Source: Chlamydiota bacterium (GTDB lineage Bacteria > Auribacterota > Tritonobacteria > UBA1439). From it: 10,965 bases of DNA. The notes below the pieces were generated by a model. The model did no database searches. It was not told the DNA's origin and saw only the letters and a program-made list of their open reading frames with translations. The stretch covers positions 1-10,965 of the forward strand of contig JBAXOY010000100.1 in NCBI GenBank assembly GCA_037133055.1, written 5' to 3'. The position numbers were made by a program, and so were the translations under genes. Below, in pieces: positions 1 through 4,685 of this stretch (the first letter of the stretch is position 1; the number at the start of each line of letters is the position of its first letter).

Positions 1-54
1 AAAGTGTTACCCATTTATCCGTCAAATCTGTCTCATAATTAGCGGGGCGCTACA
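1..54 (-). mobile_element. Probable terminal inverted repeat and first bases of an IS3-family insertion sequence (element runs off the window start)
   Basis: Minus strand from 54 reads TGTAGCGCCCCGCTAATTATGAGACAGATTTG..., which fits the IS3-family end pattern 5'-TG-N4/5-GCCCC-N~10-AGACA (as in IS2/IS51-type ends). It starts exactly where the beta-propeller repeat consensus breaks. No transposase is visible in the window. Confidence 0.6.
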
Positions 55-552
55 GAGTTTATTATCATCCGAGCCAATATATATAGTCCCATTCGAATCT
101 ATTGCGGGAGAAGAATAGATAGTTCCATTTGTACCCTTTCCCCATAAAAAACTTCCAGAAGATGTGAGAACATAGAGGTATTCACCCACGGGGATATATA
201 CATTCCCATCGGTATCCACTGCAGGGGAATGGAGTATGCTGAAGTTGGTAGCAAATGTCCATCGGAGTGTTCCGCAGGATTCAAAAGAATAGATAATATT
301 GTCAGACGACCCAATATATACAACATCATTAGGACCAATAGCCGGAGACGCATCCATGATGCTATCCCCAGTTTTATATGTCCATGATAATACTCCTGCA
401 TTTAATCCTTTTTCACTGCTTTGACCTGTGTGTTTTGCATTCCCGCCGAGCATCGGCCACGGACTATTGGCGAGTTGGGCATTAGCATGCGGGATAGCAA
501 AGGGGAATACAGCAAGGGCGAGCATTACGCAGAGGTAGAATCTACTCTTCAC
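22..552 (-). pseudogene. Secreted PQQ-like (BamB-type) beta-propeller repeat protein, truncated after about 3 blades
   Basis: GTG start at 552 with AAGGGCGG upstream. Signal peptide MKSRFYLCVMLALAVFPFAIPHANA, then the WPMLGGNAKHTG motif and three W..T......SPA[IV]...G.[VI]YI repeats. The sequence after ...IGSDDNKL (CSAPLIMRQI*) is off-consensus and is encoded by the putative IS end. Confidence 0.75.
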
Positions 553-655
553 GGTCCCGCCCTTCAGTGAGCAGTTTGGCTGATTGCCGATATAAAGGGT
601 ATCACTCTTTCGGGAATAATACTATCACCCATGGAGGGATGATGGGATATCGAGT

Positions 656-700
656 AAGAAAGAAACCCCGCTCCTGACGCTTACTCTATCAGAAGCAGGG
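656..700 (-). terminator. Rho-independent terminator downstream of the tRNA-Asp/small-ORF unit
   Basis: Minus strand CCCTGCTTCTGAT-(9 nt)-GTCAGGAGCGGGG forms a 13-bp stem with G-U pairs that only form on this strand, followed by TTTCTTTCTT. Confidence 0.8.
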
Positions 701-747
701 CATATAACCCAAGGCAACTCTGTCCACGACGGTTTATCCCACCGCCG

Positions 748-936
748 TTACTTCGCTTTCGCCACGCCGCACATTCTCCCTTTGAGTTTGGTGACCTCGC
801 TGACGGAGCGGCAGAACTCCCCGTGGGCGATATCGTCATCGGGGCGGTCCATCATGGAGAGATACCAATAGTCCAACTCTTCTTTTTTGTTGGCGAGGAC
901 TTCGGACAGGGGCTTCTTGCGGGTCTGTGTTTTCAC
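748..936 (-). CDS. Small hypothetical protein, 62 aa (MKTQTRKKPLSEVLANKKEELDYWYLSMMDRPDDDIAHGEFCRSVSEVTKLKGRMCGVAKAK)
   Basis: GAGG 5 nt before the GTG at 936. The stop is followed by hairpin ACGGCGGT-7-ACCGTCGT and then a terminator. The longer ORF-track start (1008) runs through an RNA hairpin and is less likely. No family recognised. Confidence 0.5.
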   Translation of the reverse strand: MKTQTRKKPLSEVLANKKEELDYWYLSMMDRPDDDIAHGEFCRSVSEVTKLKGRMCGVAKAK

Positions 937-952
937 GGTAGCCTCAATAATA

Positions 953-1001
953 ATGGGGGAGTGAAGAGAGCGACCGATTTTCACCCTCTTCACAACCCCA
1001 T
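953..1001 (-). other. Long stem-loop just 3' of tRNA-Asp (weak terminator or processing structure)
   Basis: Minus strand ATGGGG-tt-GTGAAGAGGGTGA-aaatcgg-TCGCTCTCTTCAC-tc-CCCCAT, followed only by TATTATT rather than a clean U-tract. Confidence 0.65.
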
Positions 1002-1016
1002 CCACCACAAGTAATA

Positions 1017-1093
1017 TGGCGGGGACGACGGGGCTCGAACCCGCAACCCTCGGATCGACAGTCCGATACTCTAGCCAGTTGAGCTACGTCCCC
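1017..1093 (-). tRNA. tRNA-Asp (GTC), 77 nt, CCA encoded
   Basis: GGGGACG TA GCTC AACTGGCTA GAGT A TCGGA CTGTCGA TCCGA GGGTT GCGGG TTCGAGC CCCGT CGTCCCC G CCA: full cloverleaf, anticodon GTC, discriminator G73. Confidence 0.98.
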
Positions 1094-1113
1094 AAAACCT
1101 GTATTCGCGTGCG

Positions 1114-1141
1114 ACTATAGCACAAAGTCTGGAAAATACAA
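1114..1141 (-). promoter_or_regulatory. Sigma70-type promoter of tRNA-Asp
   Basis: Minus strand TTGTAT-16 nt-TATAGT with extended -10 TG (TGcTATAGT) and a GC-rich discriminator (CGCACG), about 20 nt upstream of the tRNA. Confidence 0.75.
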
Positions 1142-1189
1142 CCGGATAACTTCACCTCTGCGGGGAGGTCACTTCAGGAGCAACCTCCT

Positions 1190-1257
1190 TTCTCCGGTGT
1201 ACCACTTCTCCGGACTTCTCCGGCGTACCGCCGGTTCCAGTACCGCTGTCCGGTAAC
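1190..1257. repeat. Cluster of short direct repeats in the divergent spacer
   Basis: TTCTCCGG(T/C)GTACC at 1190-1203 and 1216-1229; tandem ACTTCTCCGG at 1204-1213 and 1214-1223; degenerate TCCAGTACC (1236) and TCCGGTAAC (1249). Confidence 0.75.
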
Positions 1258-1277
1258 ACTTTCCCGTAACAAGAATA

Positions 1278-1300
1278 TGTGCTATACTTATGCTATACTT
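1278..1300 (+). promoter_or_regulatory. Tandem extended -10 boxes (TGCTATACTT x2), probable promoter/operator of the two-gene module
   Basis: TGCTATACTT at 1280-1289 and 1291-1300 (11-bp period). Each copy is TGn-TATACT, 33-53 nt upstream of the ATG at 1333. Confidence 0.65.
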
Positions 1301-1332
1301 GTTTTGTTCAAAGGCCGTGGGATGTGCGCATC

Positions 1333-1536
1333 ATGAAAAAGATATGGGTGCATAAGGCGAAATCATTTGCCGATGCGGCGAAATTTGATCGCCTCTACTA
1401 CGCCGGATTGAGCCCGGAAGCACGGCTGGATATTGTTCAGATGTTAAGGGAGGAGCATTTTAAAATACATCGCGCGTTACCTTATGAGAATGGAAAAAGA
1501 TTACGAAGAGTTCTTACGATTATTGAACAGGAATAA
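1333..1536 (+). CDS. Small hypothetical protein, 67 aa; putative antitoxin/partner of the downstream nucleotidyltransferase
   Basis: MKKIWVHKAKSFADAAKFDRLYYAGLSPEARLDIVQMLREE... has a helical LSPEARL-type motif. It overlaps the next gene by 53 nt. The upstream start at 1279 lies in the promoter boxes, so ATG 1333 is preferred. Confidence 0.75.
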   Translation: MKKIWVHKAKSFADAAKFDRLYYAGLSPEARLDIVQMLREEHFKIHRALPYENGKRLRRVLTIIEQE

Positions 1537-1963
1537 AGTCCGCTACTGTATTGTAGGTTCATATGCAGTCGCGTTCCATTCCATCCCCCGCTATACCAAG
1601 GACATCGATATCTGGGTTGAGCCGGGCAGGGAAAACGCTGAAAGAATTCTCGCGACGCTGAGAGAATTCGGTTTCGGGACGCTCAATCTCGAAGCGGGTG
1701 ACTTTGCTTCGAAGGGGAAGATCGTTCAGCTCGGATATGAACCAGTGAGGATTGATCTCATAACTTCGATTCCCGGCTGCTCATTTGCGCGGGCATGGAA
1801 GAATAAACGGATAGGGACCTATGGTGCGCAAAAAGTATATTTTCTCGGCATGGCGGAACTGTTGAAGAGCAAAAAGGAGGCGCGACGGAAACAGGACGAA
1901 GCTGATATAGAAGCTTTAAAGGGATCCGCACATACGTCGAAGACGGGAAGGGAAATAGGGTAG
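1484..1963 (+). CDS. Nucleotidyltransferase, Pol-beta superfamily, AbiEii/DUF1814(MenT)-like; putative toxin
   Basis: Motifs IVGSYAV (hG[GS]), RYTKDIDI (DxD), RIDLI (third acidic residue) and C-terminal K-x4-R-x2-D-x2-D (KKEARRKQDEAD). Alternative ATG at 1490. Confidence 0.85.
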   Translation: MRMEKDYEEFLRLLNRNKVRYCIVGSYAVAFHSIPRYTKDIDIWVEPGRENAERILATLREFGFGTLNLEAGDFASKGKIVQLGYEPVRIDLITSIPGCSFARAWKNKRIGTYGAQKVYFLGMAELLKSKKEARRKQDEADIEALKGSAHTSKTGREIG

Positions 1964-2001
1964 GGGAGAAGTCCCTCTGTCGTGAGCCTTACTCCAGCGC
2001 G

Positions 2002-2028
2002 CCCCCCCCCTCAGAGGAGGAGGGACGG
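2002..2028 (-). repeat. REP-like palindromic element, copy 1
   Basis: Minus strand CCGTCCCTCCTCCTC-TGA-GGGGGGGGG; 14/15 identical to 2863-2877 and able to fold as a hairpin. Confidence 0.4.
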
Positions 2029-2070
2029 ATACGTACGCTGCAGCACAGCACATATGTAGGAGAGCATGCT

Positions 2071-2676
2071 ATGCCACGGGCGAGGATACTCCTGGTCGAG
2101 GACGAAATCGTGACCGCGGGAGTGGCCGAGAAGATGCTGAAGGCCTTCGGGTACCAGGTGTGCGCGGTCGCCTCGACGGGTGAGGATGCGGTGAAGGCGG
2201 CGGAGAAGGGGAAGCCCAACCTCGTCCTGATGGATATCATGCTCAAGGGCAAGGTGGACGGCATCGAGGCCGCCGACGAGATCCGCACCCGGTTTAATAT
2301 CCCCGTGGTGTATCTCACCTCGTGCGCCGACGATGCGACGCTGGAGCGCGCCAAGATATCCAAGCCGTTCGGTTACATGGTGAAACCGCTCCAGGAGCGC
2401 GAGCTGTACGTCGCCATCGAGATGGCCCTCTTCCGGCACAAAGCCGACGCGGAGCGCGAGCGCCTCATCCGGAAGCTCCAGGATGCACTCGAGGATATCA
2501 GGACGCTGCGCGACCTCCTCCCCATCTGCGCCTGGTGCAAAAAGGTCCGCGACGACGACGGCTACTGGCAGCAGATCGAGACCTATTTCAAGGACCATTC
2601 CAAAACGCGCTTCACCCACGGCATCTGCCCCGAATGCGCGCAGAAGAACTATCCCCATCTCTATAAGAAGGACTGA
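2071..2676 (+). CDS. Response regulator: receiver domain plus C-terminal putative metal-binding CxxC...HGICPxC domain
   Basis: REC hallmarks LLVEDE, LMDI (phosphoacceptor Asp), YLTS and VKP. A helical linker leads to LLPICAWCKKVRDDDGYWQQIETYF...FTHGICPEC. AGGAG RBS at 2058-2062. Confidence 0.93.
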   Translation: MPRARILLVEDEIVTAGVAEKMLKAFGYQVCAVASTGEDAVKAAEKGKPNLVLMDIMLKGKVDGIEAADEIRTRFNIPVVYLTSCADDATLERAKISKPFGYMVKPLQERELYVAIEMALFRHKADAERERLIRKLQDALEDIRTLRDLLPICAWCKKVRDDDGYWQQIETYFKDHSKTRFTHGICPECAQKNYPHLYKKD

Positions 2677-2862
2677 GCGCCGCCCCTCCCCCCCCGCGCA
2701 CTGAACTGACAGCACTGAAGGCACAGGCCATCACATCGATCGCGCTCGCGGTGCGGATTTGCGAACTGCTCGGTCCCGGGATGCCGGCCGGCGATGGGGG
2801 GTCCCGGTAGCCCGCCTCGGGTGGAAAGGGAGGGAGACACTCACGGCGGATGCCTCTCCCCC

Positions 2863-2891
2863 CCGACCCTCCTCCTCAATCGGGGAGGGGG
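2863..2891 (+). repeat. REP-like palindromic element, copy 2
   Basis: CCGACCCTCCTCCTC-AATC-GGGGAGGGGG hairpin, inverted relative to the copy at 2002-2028. Confidence 0.4.
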
Positions 2892-2945
2892 AAAAGGGTA
2901 CGAGCCATCCAGAGTGACCCCCTTATGTAAAAATGGTTTTTGGTG

Positions 2946-2974
2946 TTGACGCGGGCCGCGGTTTGTTATATAGT
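2946..2974 (+). promoter_or_regulatory. Sigma70-type promoter of the nusA operon
   Basis: TTGACG (2946-2951), 17 nt, TATAGT (2969-2974), preceded by an AT-rich UP-like tract (AAAAATGGTTTTT) in otherwise GC-rich DNA. Confidence 0.85.
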
Positions 2975-3000
2975 GAGCTCAAATCAGCGCTGCGTCTTCC

Positions 3001-3029
3001 AGAGTGGGCACGTACCCACTCTTTTTTTT
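3001..3029 (+). terminator. Leader attenuator hairpin (rimP/nusA-leader type)
   Basis: AGAGTGGG-CACGTA-CCCACTCT with a run of 8 T (3022-3029), about 20 nt after the predicted start site. It matches the GAGTGGG/CCCACTC hairpin usually found ahead of rimP-nusA-infB. Confidence 0.88.
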
Positions 3030-3148
3030 GAACAGGTGCGGGCGGGCGGTCCCTCCCGGGACGGCCTTGCCTGCGCCGCGGTCGGCGCAGCCGTGGTACG
3101 AAAGAGCATCGGGGCCCGCGGGCGCATGCGGGATATGGAGGTTTCGAA

Positions 3149-4633
3149 ATGAATGGCGAATTGCTGGCCGTATTCGAATATCTCGAGCGGGAGAGGGGAA
3201 TCGGCCGCGATGTGCTTATCGAGGCGGTGCAGAGCTCCCTCCTTTCCGCCGCCAAGAAGAGCGCCGAACAGGCGAAGAACCTCTGCGTGGAGATCGACCG
3301 GGATACGGGCAATGTCCGCGCGTTCTCCGACATGCGGGTGGTCGAAAATGTCTCCTCGAAGGACGAGGAGATTTCCATCGAGGCCGCCCACAAGACCGAC
3401 CCCGAGGCGAAGATCGGCGACACCATCCGGGTGGAGATACTCGCCAAAAACCTCGGGCGGATCGCAGCCCAGAGCGGAAAACAGGTCATCATCCAGCGCA
3501 TCCGCGAGGCGGAGCACAAGATCGTCTTCAACGAGTACAAGGACCGCGTCGGCGACATCATCACCGCGGTGGTCCGCCGCTACGAGCGGGGAAACGTCAT
3601 CCTCGACCTGGGCAAGGCGGAGGCGGTGCTGCCGACGAAGGAGCAGTGCCCGCGGGAGAGCTACGGCGTCGGCAGGAGATACAAGGTGTATGTCACGGAG
3701 GTGCGCGAGGGCTCAAAGGGGCCCGAGATCATCGTCTCGAGAAGCCACGACGAGCTCCTGAGGAAGCTGTTTGAGCTCGAGGTGCCCGAGATCGGGGAGG
3801 GGAGTGTCCAGGTCAGGGGCATCGCCAGGGACCCCGGCTATCGCGCGAAGATGGCGGTGAGCTCCACGAGCGAGAAGGTCGACCCGGTGGGGGCGTGCGT
3901 CGGGATGCGGGGGGCGCGGGTGAAGGACGTGGTCCACGAGCTGAACGGCGAGCGCGTGGATATTATCCGGTGGAACGAGGACCCGGTCGTCTTCATCACC
4001 AACGCGTTGAGCCCGGCGCGGCCGAGGGAAATACGGATACTCGAGGACGGGCGCGCGGAGATCATCGTCGACGACGACCAGTTCGCCCTGGCTGTGGGGA
4101 AAAAGGGCCAGGGGATACGGCTGGTATCGAAGCTCACCGGGTGGAAGGTCGACATCAAGAAGGCGAGCGACCTCGCGCGGGAGGATCAGGAATCGCAGGT
4201 CCCCGTGCGGGAACTCGAGGGGCTCGCCGCGAAAGTCGTCGTCGCGCTCGAGGAGAACGGCTACGCCACGCTGGGGCCGCTCAGGAAGGCCGACGCGAAA
4301 ACGCTCATGAAGATTCCGGGCATCGGCGAAAAGACGGCGCAGAAGATCATCCATGCCGCCGCCGGTTTCCGTTTCCCGGCGCCCGAACCCGCCGCGGAAG
4401 AGACGCCCGAACCCGTGAGCGTCGAGCCCGCTGCGGAGGAGGCCGGGGAAGGGGTCCCGGAATCCGGGGGGGTGAGCGTCGAACCCGCGGAGGCGGAGAC
4501 CGCGCCCGCCGACGCGCCGGCAGGCGACGAAGAGCTTGCCGCCCCTGAACCGGGCGACGGATCCGGAAACGCGGCGGAGGGCGGGGCGGCCGGAGCGAAG
4601 AGTGACGGCACCGCCGACGGAGCCGGAGCATGA
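3149..4633 (+). CDS. nusA: Transcription termination/antitermination factor NusA
   Basis: LGRIAAQSGKQVIIQRIREAE, S1 domain, KH motifs ARDPGYRAK, DPVGACVGMRGARV and LAVGKKGQ, HhH segment IPGIGEKTA; RBS GGAGG. Confidence 0.99.
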   Translation: MNGELLAVFEYLERERGIGRDVLIEAVQSSLLSAAKKSAEQAKNLCVEIDRDTGNVRAFSDMRVVENVSSKDEEISIEAAHKTDPEAKIGDTIRVEILAKNLGRIAAQSGKQVIIQRIREAEHKIVFNEYKDRVGDIITAVVRRYERGNVILDLGKAEAVLPTKEQCPRESYGVGRRYKVYVTEVREGSKGPEIIVSRSHDELLRKLFELEVPEIGEGSVQVRGIARDPGYRAKMAVSSTSEKVDPVGACVGMRGARVKDVVHELNGERVDIIRWNEDPVVFITNALSPARPREIRILEDGRAEIIVDDDQFALAVGKKGQGIRLVSKLTGWKVDIKKASDLAREDQESQVPVRELEGLAAKVVVALEENGYATLGPLRKADAKTLMKIPGIGEKTAQKIIHAAAGFRFPAPEPAAEETPEPVSVEPAAEEAGEGVPESGGVSVEPAEAETAPADAPAGDEELAAPEPGDGSGNAAEGGAAGAKSDGTADGAGA

Positions 4634-4685
4634 AACATGCCTGCGGGGACATGCAATCCATGAATGGGTGAAGGGGGGGATTATC

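Noticed and set aside
823..1014. Plus-strand 63-aa ORF (and 99..401 minus 100-aa ORF)
   Set aside because: No RBS or motif. Each overlaps a better-supported ORF, and the local G-U-containing structures and terminator indicate minus-strand transcription.
1017..1045. attL/attR duplication of the tRNA 3' end or a prophage
   Set aside because: No second copy and no integrase or phage gene found in the window.
1190..1257. CRISPR array or type III antitoxin repeat array
   Set aside because: Repeats are only 10-14 nt, irregularly spaced and lack unique 25-45 nt spacers; there are no cas genes. They lie upstream of the predicted promoter with no terminator before the ORFs.
1183..1257. CsrB/RsmZ-like sRNA on the minus strand (six GGA)
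   Set aside because: Most GGAs are in CCGGA or CTGGA context rather than ANGGA, and no clear promoter/terminator pair delimits such an RNA.
1..1262. 11-bp inverted match AAAGTGTTACC (1-11) / GGTAACACTTT (1252-1262)
   Set aside because: It does not extend inward, and an 11-mer match somewhere in 11 kb is expected by chance. It could be rechecked with sequence beyond the window edge.
2940..3152. 70-aa ORF upstream of nusA as a rimP remnant or leader peptide
   Set aside because: It starts upstream of or within the promoter, crosses the terminator and shows no RimP motif (e.g. LEVSSPG).
4536..4685. N-terminal extensions from the ORF track for infB (also rpsO 10145, small ORF 1279)
   Set aside because: RBS positions and family N-termini support the downstream starts (4686, 10343, 1333).
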